Shown here piece after piece: positions 1 through 10,921 of a DNA stretch of 64,000 nt. Position numbers and translations under genes: made by a program. Positions within the stretch are counted from its first letter, which is position 1, and the number at the start of each line of letters is the position of its first letter. This DNA is from an uncultured delta proteobacterium (lineage in GTDB: Bacteria > Myxococcota > B64-G9). The stretch covers positions 288,001 to 352,000 of the forward strand of contig CAVWHX010000004.1 of NCBI GenBank assembly GCA_963754925.1, in the 5' to 3' direction. A model generated the notes under the pieces. The model ran no database searches. It was given only the letters and a program-made list of their open reading frames with translations, and was not told the origin of the DNA.

Positions 1-1758
1 CGGCGTTCGTTGCTGGAGGTTGTTGATGACAGCGACTTTGACGATCTCGAGGCTCTGGAGATCATATCGAAGCTTTATTTCGAAGGTCTGATTTATGACT
101 CACGGCAACGACCGCAGGACGAGCAGCCGAGGATCTCCATTGGTGAGTGGATATCCAAACCTCCCCTTGAAGATCTGCCCGCTCTTCAGCCCAAAAAAGC
201 ATCCGATGGCGCACCCGTGCACGTGCCGGTGGCTCAACCAGCAGCGCGGACGACCGAGCACGAAGAACTCCTGAGTATCTCTTCCTCCGTGCAGGACACC
301 GAACCGCCGCCGGACACGGACAACAAAGCTGCCCAAGGACCTCTTCCCGAAGCTCCCCGTGCTTCGACGACAAAGCCCCTCGATGGTTTTGTCACGCAAC
401 CCCCCGGCGATGCATCGGCACAACCGGTTGAGTTGGCGGCGTCGTCAATCTCCGGTAGTACGTCTGAAGAAGAACGTAACCGAGAGGAATTGGCCGACTT
501 TTTGGTTGCTCCCGCGGGGCCAAACGATACCACGCCCTCGACTGATGCGACTCAACCGGCAGACAGGCCCCCTGAGCAATCCTGGGTGGTAATCGAAAAA
601 AAGGAAGGCGAGTACCGAGTCGGCGGAGAGGGATTAGAGGTGTCCGTCGATCTGTTGGCGAAGATATTAAAGGCGAATCTCGTGCCACTGACCGATAGTA
701 TGTCAGGGCTCGCCAAACTTGAGCCAAGCAAAACGAACACGCTCCGCCTTTCGAACGAACCATCAGACAAACCGAGCACGGCCGCTCCATCGCAGCCGCC
801 GGAGATCCAACAGGCTCCCACTCAACGCGAACCACCCGAAACGCCGACCCCGATAGGGACCTTGAAATTGAAAAGCAACGCCGAACAACCGAAAGGCTCC
901 TCTGCGGCGAATCTGAATGCGACTGCATCAGAGATTGTCGAAGACATGGTTACCTTGATGCGCCCGCACCAAACGGTGGAAGGAATGGGCGCCGAGACAT
1001 TCTCGCCGGCCGCAAGCTTGAACAGATCCAACGCTCGTTCACCCTTCGACACCAATCCAAAGGGCGAGCGACTTTCCGGCATATCATGGATTGGCTGGAC
1101 GTCGATGGTGATGATAGTCGGCGCCTGTTTGGGCTTTTTTGGTTGGTGGCTCCACGGCATACTCATCGATCGATCGGATTCGCTGCCTGCGACTGAAAGC
1201 TCAACCCACCCATCGACTCCCGAGTCCGTAACCCAAGCTACCATCGACCAAAGCGGAATATCTGAAGCACCGCAACCAACCGATCAGGAAGACAAGAATA
1301 ATAAACCAGCCGAATTGGTTACTGAACAGAAGGCAGCCAGCCAGGTCAGCGATCAGGGAATTTCCGAACCGGCGGTGGTCAAGCCGGTTGAACCGCTCGC
1401 TAGCGGCTACAACGAAACGTTCAAGCGCGCACAAGCGCTCATGCATGCCAAGAAATTTAAGGCTGCGGCGACGGAGCTTTTGAAAGCGATAGAGATCAAT
1501 CCGACCGGCACCGACGCCATGGTCGCACTGGCCAATGTTTACTTCGAGCTTGGAAAAAACGACCAGGCTATTCGCATGGCCGAACGGGCGCTCAAGATCA
1601 ATCCCAACCACGCCGATGCCCATCTCGCGCTCGGCACCGCGTACCAAACTATCGGCAACAATAAGAAAGCCATCGAGGCGTATCAGACCTATCTTAAATT
1701 AAAGCCAGACGCGCCGCTGGCATCCGAGGTGCGCGCTATTCTCAAGAGCCTTCAATAG
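1..1758 (+). CDS. Membrane-anchored TPR protein, 5'-partial (N-terminus resembles the end of a DUF4388-type domain)
   Basis: Frame is open from base 1. Long Pro/Ser/Thr-rich linker, one TM segment (WIGWTSMVMIVGACLGFFGWWL), C-terminal TPRs (AMVALANVYFELG, AHLALGTAYQTIG). Confidence 0.7.
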   Translation, partial: RRSLLEVVDDSDFDDLEALEIISKLYFEGLIYDSRQRPQDEQPRISIGEWISKPPLEDLPALQPKKASDGAPVHVPVAQPAARTTEHEELLSISSSVQDTEPPPDTDNKAAQGPLPEAPRASTTKPLDGFVTQPPGDASAQPVELAASSISGSTSEEERNREELADFLVAPAGPNDTTPSTDATQPADRPPEQSWVVIEKKEGEYRVGGEGLEVSVDLLAKILKANLVPLTDSMSGLAKLEPSKTNTLRLSNEPSDKPSTAAPSQPPEIQQAPTQREPPETPTPIGTLKLKSNAEQPKGSSAANLNATASEIVEDMVTLMRPHQTVEGMGAETFSPAASLNRSNARSPFDTNPKGERLSGISWIGWTSMVMIVGACLGFFGWWLHGILIDRSDSLPATESSTHPSTPESVTQATIDQSGISEAPQPTDQEDKNNKPAELVTEQKAASQVSDQGISEPAVVKPVEPLASGYNETFKRAQALMHAKKFKAAATELLKAIEINPTGTDAMVALANVYFELGKNDQAIRMAERALKINPNHADAHLALGTAYQTIGNNKKAIEAYQTYLKLKPDAPLASEVRAILKSLQ

Positions 1759-1902
1759 CCAAAATACCTTCTCCTGATTCAAAAAATTTCGCGAGAGCTG
1801 CCCCCAGACCGGCAATGACGTATTAACTACCCCCGTCAACAAGAGTATCGTATCGTGCAGGTTCGACGGGGCAACGGCGCCCAAACGTCGGGATGGAAGA
1901 TC

Positions 1903-2907
1903 GTGCTCGTATTGGGTATTGAGTCGTCATGCGATGAATGCGCAGTCGCGCTGGTGTCGGACGGTCCTGTGCTCCTCAGCCAAATGGTTGCGTCGCAAAT
2001 ACCAATCCACGCTCCCTACGGCGGCGTTGTTCCCGAATTGGCCTCGCGCGATCACATTCGTAACGCTATTCCTATGTTAGATGGCGTTCTCAAGCAGGCT
2101 GGCGTGTCCCTGGAAAGAATTGACGGGATCGGCGTCACCGCCGGACCAGGATTAATTGGCTCGCTTCTGGTTGGGGTCACCATGGCGAAAACTCTCGCCT
2201 TTTGTCTCGAGAAACCGCTCTGCGGGATCAACCACCTTGAGGCACATTTGCACGCGGTCTATCTCGAGCAACCGACCTTTCCCTATCCGTATCTGGGATT
2301 GGTGGTTTCAGGAGGACACACTAGCGTCTACCGAGTGGAAGCCGTCGGTCGATTGAAGCTGCTTGGCAGGACCCTCGATGATGCCGCCGGCGAGGCGCTT
2401 GACAAGGTCGCCAAGCTCCTTGGTCTTGGGTACCCCGGTGGGGTATCGATAGAGCGCACCGGGTCTTTCGGCAACCGAACGGCTATCCGCTTTCCGCGCC
2501 CGATGCGCACGCGCGACGCCAATTTCAGCTTTAGCGGGCTCAAGACAGCCGCGGTCGTCCGCGTCAAGGAACAGGGCATGCCGAGCGGGCAACGTCTGAA
2601 CGATTTCGCGGCAAGTTTTCAAGAAGCGGTGGTTGACACTCTGGTGCGTCAGACCATCGCCGCCGCAACGCGGGAACATCTTACCCGCATCCTGGTGGCC
2701 GGCGGCGTCGCGGCCAATAGCCGGTTGCGCGAAGAAATGACGCGGCGAGGTGAACGGGAAGGATTGTCGGTAACGTTCCCATCGGTGAGATTGTGCACCG
2801 ACAACGCAGCCATGGTGGCGACGTTGTCCCATCGCTACCTATCGGCAGGGCGTGACGACGGACTCTCACTTGACGCCGACGCGGGGTTGGGATGGGCGCA
2901 TCGGTAA
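1903..2907 (+). CDS. tsaD: tRNA N6-adenosine threonylcarbamoyltransferase TsaD
   Basis: LGIESSCDE, YGGVVPELASRDH, HLEAH, VSGGHT, DDAAGEA, FSFSGLKT and CTDNAAM motifs. GTG at 1903 is the likely start. Confidence 0.97.
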   Translation: MLVLGIESSCDECAVALVSDGPVLLSQMVASQIPIHAPYGGVVPELASRDHIRNAIPMLDGVLKQAGVSLERIDGIGVTAGPGLIGSLLVGVTMAKTLAFCLEKPLCGINHLEAHLHAVYLEQPTFPYPYLGLVVSGGHTSVYRVEAVGRLKLLGRTLDDAAGEALDKVAKLLGLGYPGGVSIERTGSFGNRTAIRFPRPMRTRDANFSFSGLKTAAVVRVKEQGMPSGQRLNDFAASFQEAVVDTLVRQTIAAATREHLTRILVAGGVAANSRLREEMTRRGEREGLSVTFPSVRLCTDNAAMVATLSHRYLSAGRDDGLSLDADAGLGWAHR

Positions 2908-3758
2908 ACGTCCGCGCTTTGCTGCGTGCATACGGGCTTCGACCAAAGCGAACCTGGAGTCAAAACTTTTTGGTTGATAGCGCTGTCATCCAGGCCATCG
3001 CACAACACGCCACCCGGGGCAACCCGCCCGTAGTGGTGGAACTCGGCGCCGGGCTCGGCGTTTTGACCCGTATGCTGGCGCAGGGCTGTCCGCGAGTGGT
3101 GGCGGTGGAGCGTGACCGCGATCTTGCCCGGGTATTGCGATCTGAGTTTGCCGGCAACAGCCGGGTCGAGATACTGGAGGACAACGCTGCCACATTAGAT
3201 TGGCGAGAACTATGCGGGCGCGTTGGAACGCCGGTTGTTGTCGGGAACCTGCCCTATCACATGGCGACGCCGATCCTTTTCCAGGTGCTTGAGGCCGGAA
3301 CGCTGGTTGAGCGTTTTATATTAATGTTTCAACGCGAAATGGCAGCGCGGTTGACCGCTGCGCCCGGCGGCCGACCGTATGGGGTGCTGAGCATTATGGC
3401 CCAACAACACGCCGAGATTGGCCGAGTCATGGATGTTCCTCCACAGGCGTTCTTTCCCGTACCCAAGGTCCACTCGGCCGTGCTGTGGTTCAAACCCCTT
3501 CCGACGCCGCGCGCGGAAGTCAAAGACCGAGAACTTTTTTCAAAAATAGTACGCGGAGCTTTTAGCCAGCGGCGTAAGACGATCCGCAATTCCCTTCAGG
3601 CCGCCTTGGGAGGCCAGATCGGCAAGGTAGGAATCGAGCGCCTGTTACAACGTGCCGGGGTATCAGCTACGGCTCGACCCGAACAGCTTTCAATCGAGAC
3701 GTTCGCGAAGCTTTCGAATATCTATGACGAGTCTTATCCCGGCAAACTAGGTCAGTAA
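2892..3758 (+). CDS. rsmA: 16S rRNA adenine dimethyltransferase RsmA/KsgA
   Basis: SQNFL, ELGAGLG, VERD, VGNLPY, FxPVPKVHS and FSQRRKTIRN motifs. Confidence 0.96.
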   Translation: MGASVNVRALLRAYGLRPKRTWSQNFLVDSAVIQAIAQHATRGNPPVVVELGAGLGVLTRMLAQGCPRVVAVERDRDLARVLRSEFAGNSRVEILEDNAATLDWRELCGRVGTPVVVGNLPYHMATPILFQVLEAGTLVERFILMFQREMAARLTAAPGGRPYGVLSIMAQQHAEIGRVMDVPPQAFFPVPKVHSAVLWFKPLPTPRAEVKDRELFSKIVRGAFSQRRKTIRNSLQAALGGQIGKVGIERLLQRAGVSATARPEQLSIETFAKLSNIYDESYPGKLGQ

Positions 3759-3964
3759 CCGCGCTGTTTAACCGTGGCCATTAAGGATTTCATGTGCGTG
3801 TTGACATAGCGGCGAAATTCAGTCTCGTTGAGGTGCATATCGTTCAGGATTTCTGAAAATATCTCGTCAAAACCTTTGTAGGTATCTCTTCGCATCTTGA
3901 TGGCAATCTTCAAAAGGGCTGCTTGGTACATCCTCTCCTGGTTCTGATTATTTTGCATATCCAC
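3752..3964 (-). CDS. Small hypothetical helical protein (70 aa)
   Basis: ATG preceded by an AGGAGG RBS; protein-like composition; convergent with rsmA. Confidence 0.65.
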   Translation of the reverse strand: MDMQNNQNQERMYQAALLKIAIKMRRDTYKGFDEIFSEILNDMHLNETEFRRYVNTHMKSLMATVKQRGY

Positions 3965-4140
3965 GGAATGCCCTCCTGATAAAAATCATCATTGGTCACA
4001 AATTATTGTAGAGCCAAATCGTTGATAGTGACACTACCCTACAATGCCATACATTGATAGTCAATACTTTTCATTCATTGATGACATATTTTAAAATATC
4101 AACTTGCATAACCGCTGGTTAGCGTCATAGAGTCGTTTTA

Positions 4141-5091
4141 ATGTTCGATATGACCCACCTTGAGCTTTGGATTGCATTTGCCATCATCGTGGCAATTCTC
4201 CTGGTGTTGGATCTGGCGGTGGTTAATCGGGTGGGGCATCAGCTAACTATGCGTGCTGCCCTTCTTTGGAGTTTGGTTTGGATTGGGGTAGCACTATTGT
4301 TCAATATTGGGATCTATTACTTTCTCAGTGGAAAGACAGCGCTTGAATTTATCACTGCATACCTGGTTGAAGAGTCACTATCGATCGACAACTTGTTTGT
4401 TTTTCTGATCCTATTTCGCTATTTCGGCATTGCGGCGCGCCTTCAACATCGCGTGTTATTTTGGGGAGTAATCGGAGCGATTGCCCTCCGCATCACGATG
4501 ATAGTCGCCGGTGTAACCATGGTGAGACATTTCCACTGGCTGTTGTATCTGTTCGGCGCGTTTCTCATCGTTACCGGGGTGAAGCTCGCGCTTGAGAGGC
4601 CCGGATCGTCCGACCCCTCGCGCAACCTGGCGGTGCGGCTTGCACGACGTTTTCTCCCCATTACCGATCGGTCGGATGGGGAGAAATTTTGGGTTAGAAA
4701 AGACGGTCGGCTGTATACCACACCGTTATTTGTCGCCTTGATCACGATCGAATTTTCGGATGTGATATTTGCCCTTGATAGCATTCCGGCTGTCTTCGGC
4801 ATCAGCGAGGATGCGTTCGTGATAATAACCTCGAACATCTTCGCTGTTCTCGGTCTTCGCAGCTTTTACTTTGTCCTCGCGAAGTTCATGGACACGTTTA
4901 GGTTCCTCGGTTTCGGACTGGCAGTCGTATTGACGTTTATCGGCTGTAAAATGTTGCTTAATCCCTGGCTCCAGATTTCCACCGCGCTGGCGCTGGAAGT
5001 GGTGGGTGGGATCCTGGCGGTAGCGGTTGGTTTGTCGATCTGGTCAGAACGTCGCAGCGGCAAAAACTCTACGCGGTCGCCACGCGCCTGA
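4141..5091 (+). CDS. TerC/Alx family integral membrane protein
   Basis: EESLSIDNLFVF, QHRVLFWG, IEFSDVIFALDSIPA and SNIFAVLGLRSFYF motifs. Confidence 0.93.
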   Translation: MFDMTHLELWIAFAIIVAILLVLDLAVVNRVGHQLTMRAALLWSLVWIGVALLFNIGIYYFLSGKTALEFITAYLVEESLSIDNLFVFLILFRYFGIAARLQHRVLFWGVIGAIALRITMIVAGVTMVRHFHWLLYLFGAFLIVTGVKLALERPGSSDPSRNLAVRLARRFLPITDRSDGEKFWVRKDGRLYTTPLFVALITIEFSDVIFALDSIPAVFGISEDAFVIITSNIFAVLGLRSFYFVLAKFMDTFRFLGFGLAVVLTFIGCKMLLNPWLQISTALALEVVGGILAVAVGLSIWSERRSGKNSTRSPRA

Positions 5092-5713
5092 TTTCTTGGT
5101 CTGGAATAACCCCCGGTCGGGTTACCTGAACCTGGTCGTCGATCACGTCGATTACCGTCGACGCGGGGGCTGGCTGTAGATCACCCGCATCAATAAACAC
5201 GTCCACTCGGCCCAGGAAATTCTTGCGCACCTGGGCAGGCGACGACGCTCCGCTCCTCGAAGCCACATTGGCGCTCGACACAAAGAGCGGCCGGTCACAG
5301 GTACGGAGCACCTGCTGCAGCACCGGTTGATCGGGAACGCGAACACCCAGCTTGCCGTTAGCCTTGGTCAACGCTTTCGTAACCTTCTTCGGAAGAAGAG
5401 GATTCGCTTCAAAAAGAATCGTCAGTGGCCCAGGCCAAAAGGCATGTATCAATCGCTGAGCCATGGGACAGACCGTGGCCGCCACCTTTGAAAGCATGCG
5501 TTCGTCTTTGACAAACACCAGCGTCGGTGCCCAACCGATGCGTCGCTTCGATTGCAGCAAATGGTTAACCGCTTGTTCACTGCTGAGATCGGCAACGATT
5601 CGATAGCTGCCGCCGCATGGTAAGCACACCAACCCACCGTCCCTAAGCACTTGGCATACCTCACGCCACCGTTCAGCATCACCTTCCAAATCCTTCCATG
5701 GAATGGTTTTCAT
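5069..5713 (-). CDS. YrdC/Sua5 (TsaC-like) family protein with a divergent N-terminal motif
   Basis: FWPGPLT, GVRVP, SSAN and STVID motifs. The usual PT(E/D)TxY motif reads PCGGSY. Confidence 0.85.
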   Translation of the reverse strand: MKTIPWKDLEGDAERWREVCQVLRDGGLVCLPCGGSYRIVADLSSEQAVNHLLQSKRRIGWAPTLVFVKDERMLSKVAATVCPMAQRLIHAFWPGPLTILFEANPLLPKKVTKALTKANGKLGVRVPDQPVLQQVLRTCDRPLFVSSANVASRSGASSPAQVRKNFLGRVDVFIDAGDLQPAPASTVIDVIDDQVQVTRPGVIPDQEIRRVATA

Positions 5714-5829
5714 GCCGCCCCCATTCTCGCGGTTTTTCCGATTTAGAATTTTTAGCGCCATTTTGCAAAATTTTCAACTTTAAAGTGTGACCTTGACGCC
5801 AACATCTATTAAAATAACCCCGCGCCAAG

Positions 5830-6876
5830 GTGATTTATTCCCGGCGTGGTGTGAACATGCGGCAGGTAACCTCTGGAATGGTATCATTAAAAAGCATACC
5901 GGCGTCGTTCGGATTGATCGTTGCCGTTCTGCTTGGATGCGCGGCGGGGTGGTTCTTTAAACCCGGCGCAACATCGGCGTATTTGGAACTTCAGGCAATT
6001 TCAGATACCGTCCACCGCTTCACTCTTTTGGCCTTGCCACTGGCTATCGTCTTCGCAATCATCAGTGGCATATTGGCACACCGCTTGCGTAATCGTTTTC
6101 GCAATATCTTGGTTGGGATCAGCGCTGTGTCTCTGGGTCTCGGAAGTGGCATCCTGACGTACACCCTGCTCCTTGATACACGCCTCGAGGAGCGCGGTTT
6201 AGTTGGACAGTTTGAGAGCCCGGATGCGTCCGAACTCCCGATCGAAACAGTGAGGGTGAAGGTACTCGGACCTTTTTCCGAAGAACCCGAGGGACCGCAG
6301 GCAGCCAAGCCGCACGCCGTACACCAGGCGCTCCCTAACGGCGATGTTGTCACTCTTGATCGCCAGGGCCTTGCCCGAACGACTGCCGATGGAAACGTGC
6401 GTTGGAATCTGCCGCGGCCTAGCCAAAGACCGAGCAGCCTCCTGATAATCGGAGACTCACTATTCTGGTTATGCGGCGGCGATTACGAGGATGATACGCT
6501 ACTTCTGGTCATTGCTCTTAACTCGGGTCGCGTGCGCTGGTCGTATCATTGCCTCGGTAACCGCGCTTTTCCCCCAGCGGTCGAGGGATTCGATCTCGCT
6601 TTCGCCACCTGGCGACCGGCCACGAGCTCGGTGGTGCTCATGTGGTGGATTGAGCCCAGGCTAACCTGGGCAATTCGCATCGACACTCCCCTGGTGCTGC
6701 CGCCGCGCTTTATGTTATCGGGCATCGAGGTGGCAACCCGCGACGAAGTATTGCTGCTCGCGCGCGACACCGGGCAGGTACTGAAGCGCGAACCAGCGTG
6801 TGAGCATCCAGAAGCCGTTGGAGTTGCTTGTCAGGCCGGGCAGGTGGTAGCCTGGATGCCTAAAGAGACGCCATGA
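5830..6876 (+). CDS. Membrane protein with a C-terminal PQQ-like beta-propeller region
   Basis: Three N-terminal hydrophobic segments; repeats resembling GxxxW (DGNVRW, SGRVRW, TGQVLK). Confidence 0.55.
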   Translation: MIYSRRGVNMRQVTSGMVSLKSIPASFGLIVAVLLGCAAGWFFKPGATSAYLELQAISDTVHRFTLLALPLAIVFAIISGILAHRLRNRFRNILVGISAVSLGLGSGILTYTLLLDTRLEERGLVGQFESPDASELPIETVRVKVLGPFSEEPEGPQAAKPHAVHQALPNGDVVTLDRQGLARTTADGNVRWNLPRPSQRPSSLLIIGDSLFWLCGGDYEDDTLLLVIALNSGRVRWSYHCLGNRAFPPAVEGFDLAFATWRPATSSVVLMWWIEPRLTWAIRIDTPLVLPPRFMLSGIEVATRDEVLLLARDTGQVLKREPACEHPEAVGVACQAGQVVAWMPKETP

Positions 6877-7412
6877 GTCCAACCCAGCAAAATATGTTCA
6901 ACACTCCCCTGGCACGGGCGCGGGAACTCAAAGCAGCGGGACGCTACGCCGACGCTCAACAACTGCTCAAATGCGCTCTGGAGGAATTTCCTGCGGACGT
7001 ATCAATCAAGGCGTCGCTCGCCGACGCCTATTACCGCCTGACGCACTTTCGCGAGGCCCTGGCGTTGTCCGGCGAAATTCTCCGCGACGATCCGAACCAT
7101 CCGCAGGCGTTGACCACTATCGGCGACGTGCTGCTCGCCAAAAAGAAACCGCGTGATGCGCTGGCGCAGTTTACGCTCGCGCTCGCTGCGGACGAAAACG
7201 ACTACCTGTGGGCGCGCTGCGCCCGCTGCCATCTCGATCTGAAAGATCTGCCAGCGGCTCTTGCGGCGATACGCCGCGGCCAAGCCCGTGCTCCTGACAA
7301 CGGTGAGCTTTTGCGCCTGCAGATCGAAGTGGCCAAAAAGCTCAACGACCCTGAGCTTGCGCAGGCGGCCGAAGCGCGCCTGGCGCTGCGTTCTCAGAGA
7401 AAGGACTCATGA
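6873..7412 (+). CDS. TPR repeat protein
   Basis: TPR pattern (SLADAYY..., ALTTIGDVLL...). ATGA overlaps with both neighbours. Confidence 0.8.
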   Translation: MSPTQQNMFNTPLARARELKAAGRYADAQQLLKCALEEFPADVSIKASLADAYYRLTHFREALALSGEILRDDPNHPQALTTIGDVLLAKKKPRDALAQFTLALAADENDYLWARCARCHLDLKDLPAALAAIRRGQARAPDNGELLRLQIEVAKKLNDPELAQAAEARLALRSQRKDS

Positions 7413-8176
7413 ATTCGGAGCGGTACAGCCGGCAAATCCTCTTCGCTCCTTTCGGGGAGGCAGGCCAACGCAAGCTCGGTGAAAGCAGCGTGGTCCTCAT
7501 CGGCTGCGGAGCATTGGGCTCCAGCATCGCTAACACCCTGGTGCGCGCTGGAGTCGGCACGCTCACGATTATCGACCCCGATCGACTGGAGCTCAGCAAC
7601 CTCCAGCGTCAAAGCCTGTTCGATGAAGCCGCCGTGGCGGCCCAGCGTTTCAAGGTCGAGGCAGCTTCCGAGCGCCTGCGCCAGATCAACCATGCGGTGG
7701 ACGTCCGCGTCGTTACCGAACGACTGGAACGTCACAACATCGTTCGCCTCATCGGCCGACCGACGGTCATACTTGATGGCTGCGACAACTTTCCGACCCG
7801 TTATTTAGTTAACGATTACAGCGTACGGGAAACTATCCCCTGGATTTTCGGCGCGTGTGCCGCGGCATACGGCCTCGCTATGCCGATCCTGCCCGGCCGC
7901 ACGCCCTGTCTCCGCTGCATTTTCTCCACCCCCCCGGAGGAGGCTCTCACCAGCCAACAAGTCGGCATACTGGCGCCGATTGTCCAGGTGGTGGCGGCGC
8001 TGCAGACAGCCGAAGCGCTGAAAATTCTCAGCGGAAATGCCGCGCAGATTACGCCGATACTCTTTGATGCCGACCTATGGGAAAGCCGCGTGCATACCCT
8101 CAGGTCCGTTGAGCGCGATCCCGGTTGCCCCTGTTGCGCTCAGCGCCGATTCGAGTTTCTCGAGGTCCCCGCATGA
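7409..8176 (+). CDS. ThiF/MoeB family (E1-like) adenylyltransferase
   Basis: [27 protein letters not shown] and two Cys pairs (CLRC, CPCC). Confidence 0.92.
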   Translation: MNSERYSRQILFAPFGEAGQRKLGESSVVLIGCGALGSSIANTLVRAGVGTLTIIDPDRLELSNLQRQSLFDEAAVAAQRFKVEAASERLRQINHAVDVRVVTERLERHNIVRLIGRPTVILDGCDNFPTRYLVNDYSVRETIPWIFGACAAAYGLAMPILPGRTPCLRCIFSTPPEEALTSQQVGILAPIVQVVAALQTAEALKILSGNAAQITPILFDADLWESRVHTLRSVERDPGCPCCAQRRFEFLEVPA

Positions 8177-9894
8177 GATCCAAGAGCAAGTCCCAAGCAT
8201 CATCCCTTTTGCAGGAGGTTCTCGACCAGGCGAAGCGCCAGGGCCGCCTCGACATCGAGGAGTTGAGCGGCGCCTTGCCTTCAGACGCCTCGATTAGCGA
8301 CACTCTGAAATTGCTCGAGGAGATCGAAGAGTTGCGGCTGCCGCCCATCAGCACGCGTGCGCGCTCAGGGATTGCCGGTCGTACCGCGCCGCTGCTGACG
8401 CGCCATCAAGAAGAATCCCTGGCCAAACAAATCCGCCACGGTCGTATCCTGAGCCTCCGGGCCGCCTTGGGTTTTGACAAGGTGGTAGAGGAAACCTTCA
8501 GCCAGCTGCTCGCGGTTGCGAACGGCGCCTCGCCGGTGTGGCGGGTGCTCATGGATTTTGAGGGCAGCGATCCCGATCTCGACGAGCAGGAGGCCATCGA
8601 ACGACTGCAGAATGAGACGCGTCGGCTCCATCAGCACTGGCGTGAATATAAGAAGGAAGAAAAACACAGCCGGCGCCGAACGGCGTCGCGCTGGCCGCGG
8701 ACGATCGCCGATCCGCGCGAAGTGCTGCTTTCGCTCCTGATGCAGCTTGATTTCCGCGATACATTCCTGAATCGATTGCTGCATATGGTAACGCGCCAAG
8801 CCGCCCCGCTCGAGGCTGCGCTGCGGGCATTGCGCGTAACTGAACAGGAGCTCAACCTCGCCCAAGGCACTCTCGGCGGATTAGTCGCGACCCCGGATAA
8901 ACAGGTGATCGAACTCCTGAGGCAGCGGCGACTTTCACACCGGCAGCGCACGCTCTATCACAACAAGATCAAAAATCTGCAACGGGTTGTCGTTAACTGT
9001 CACACCCGTCTCGCGACAACGCCCCGGAACGTGCTCGCAGCGGCAGCCGAGATCCGGCGAGGCATGCGTCAGACCATTCTCGCGCGTCAACATCTCGTGG
9101 AATCAAATCAGCGCCTGGTTATCAGCATCGCTCGGCGCTACCCGCATCCCGGCATGGATTTTCTGGATCTCATCCAAGAGGGCAATCTTGGTTTGATGCG
9201 CGCCGCCGATCGCTTCGACGCCACCCGTGGTTTCCGCTTCGGCACCTACGCCACATGGTGGGTTCGCCAAAGCATCGGTCGATTGCTCGCTGAACAGAGC
9301 GGCGCGGTACGTATTCCTCCCCATGTCCAGGAGTCGCTCTACAAACTTAACCGTCTGACCCGCCGGCAGGTGTTGCAAACCGGCAATGAGCCGAGCATTG
9401 ACGAGCTTGCCAAAAGCCTCGGCAAGACTACCGCACGCGTCAAAGAGATCCTGGCGGCCGGTCGTGCGCCCATTTCGACCGACGCCATGATAGGTGACGC
9501 CGATGATAGTTTAACTTTTTTAGACTTCATTCCCGACCCCCACGAGCTTCCCGATGAGGAGGCCGATCGGCGGGTGCGCCAAACCATCTTGTATGAAGCG
9601 CTCGACGCCCTCAACGAACGCGAGCGCGAAATTGTGCTCATGCGTTTTCAGGATGGGCTGACCCTTCAGGATGTCGGCGAACATTTCGGAGTCACCCGCG
9701 AACGAACCCGCCAGCTTCAGGAGCAGGCAATTCAAAAGGTCAAAAAGCGCATCAAGGCCGATCTGCTGCGACGAATAAGTAGCGACAACGACCAGCTCCC
9801 CGGCCCTGATGCGGGGAAGGGTAAAAAAGTATCGTTACCGGCGAGCGGGCGAAAATCGCAAAAAAAGAAAAGAGACCCTAATCGTGCCGGCTAA
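8173..9894 (+). CDS. RpoD/SigA-like sigma-70 factor (divergent paralog)
   Basis: Region 2 ([38 protein letters not shown]), region 3 (EPSIDELA), region 4.2 ([17 protein letters not shown]) and a long non-conserved region. ATG 8173 overlaps the upstream stop. Confidence 0.9.
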   Translation: MRSKSKSQASSLLQEVLDQAKRQGRLDIEELSGALPSDASISDTLKLLEEIEELRLPPISTRARSGIAGRTAPLLTRHQEESLAKQIRHGRILSLRAALGFDKVVEETFSQLLAVANGASPVWRVLMDFEGSDPDLDEQEAIERLQNETRRLHQHWREYKKEEKHSRRRTASRWPRTIADPREVLLSLLMQLDFRDTFLNRLLHMVTRQAAPLEAALRALRVTEQELNLAQGTLGGLVATPDKQVIELLRQRRLSHRQRTLYHNKIKNLQRVVVNCHTRLATTPRNVLAAAAEIRRGMRQTILARQHLVESNQRLVISIARRYPHPGMDFLDLIQEGNLGLMRAADRFDATRGFRFGTYATWWVRQSIGRLLAEQSGAVRIPPHVQESLYKLNRLTRRQVLQTGNEPSIDELAKSLGKTTARVKEILAAGRAPISTDAMIGDADDSLTFLDFIPDPHELPDEEADRRVRQTILYEALDALNEREREIVLMRFQDGLTLQDVGEHFGVTRERTRQLQEQAIQKVKKRIKADLLRRISSDNDQLPGPDAGKGKKVSLPASGRKSQKKKRDPNRAG

Positions 9895-10921
9895 TCAAAC
9901 GGTCATTGGAGAGATCGAGCGGGCGGTGGCTCTGTATCTCCAGGGGGATATAGAGACGGCGGCGGCGGTTGGATGGCCGCTCGTCGCGCGCTCTCGGCAA
10001 ACTCCCCACGCTGCAATGGTTCACCGATTGGTGGCTGAATTTTTATGTGAACGCGGCTCCTACACCGAGGCGTATGAATTGGCCAGCGAAGCGACTACCA
10101 TCGCCCGGGCAAGCAACAATCCGGCGGAACTTCTCGCATCCACCCTGCTGCTGCTCCGGTGCGAACTCTACCAAGGACAGGTGACTGCGGTCTTTGATAA
10201 ACTTGAAAGAATACACACGCTCACGCCGGACCAACCTCCAGTCATCTTCCTCCGGGGACTCGTGATGGTATTGATGGGCACCCTCGATGCAGCCCAAGAA
10301 ATGCTCGAACACGTCCGCGGTCGCCTTGACGACCTCTCGGGCCCGGGTCAGCACCCCGAACTCGATTTATTTCGGGCAACGGTGCTGTTGACCATAGGTA
10401 AGCTGCACCTGCTCCAACACCGGTTCGACGACGCCAGTGCCGCGCTCGAGCGAGTCACCGGATACGATGTGCCGACTCCCGTGCCAGCGGTTCTGGCGAC
10501 GGCGCTGTGGGGGCTGAGTCTCTGTCAGAGCGGCTATCAGAAGCGCGGGCAGACTCTTCTGGTCCAAGCGATTACCTCGGGGAAAAAAATCTCGGCGCAC
10601 ATTCATGGACACACCCTGGCAGCGGCCGGATTGGCACGGTATCATCAGGGCGATACCCAACAGGCGGTCGAACATCTGCGACACGCGGTGGGTTTGATCA
10701 CCCACCCGCTCGAGCGCCAGGAAAGCTTTTATACCCTGGGAGCATTGGCGGTTGCGAGCGATAGCAGCGACGAGGCTGCCGCGGCTTTCCGGCGCGCCTG
10801 TGAGCCGTCGGGCGAAACCTTACTTCGGACGCCTGTCCACCCGAAGGTTGCACGAGATTGTCGGGCTGCGCGTGCTTTCTTAATCGAGCAGGGATGTTTC
10901 GACTTCAAGGAAACGCTTTAG
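9884..10921 (+). CDS. TPR-like helical repeat protein
   Basis: Repeated TPR-like helices. Removing one T at ~10820 gives a cleaner C-terminus ([22 protein letters not shown]) ending at 10883. Confidence 0.7.
   Translation: MPANQTVIGEIERAVALYLQGDIETAAAVGWPLVARSRQTPHAAMVHRLVAEFLCERGSYTEAYELASEATTIARASNNPAELLASTLLLLRCELYQGQVTAVFDKLERIHTLTPDQPPVIFLRGLVMVLMGTLDAAQEMLEHVRGRLDDLSGPGQHPELDLFRATVLLTIGKLHLLQHRFDDASAALERVTGYDVPTPVPAVLATALWGLSLCQSGYQKRGQTLLVQAITSGKKISAHIHGHTLAAAGLARYHQGDTQQAVEHLRHAVGLITHPLERQESFYTLGALAVASDSSDEAAAAFRRACEPSGETLLRTPVHPKVARDCRAARAFLIEQGCFDFKETL

Noticed and set aside
3965..4140. yybP-ykoY riboswitch upstream of the TerC gene
   Set aside because: The intergenic region is AT-rich and lacks the recognisable conserved core.
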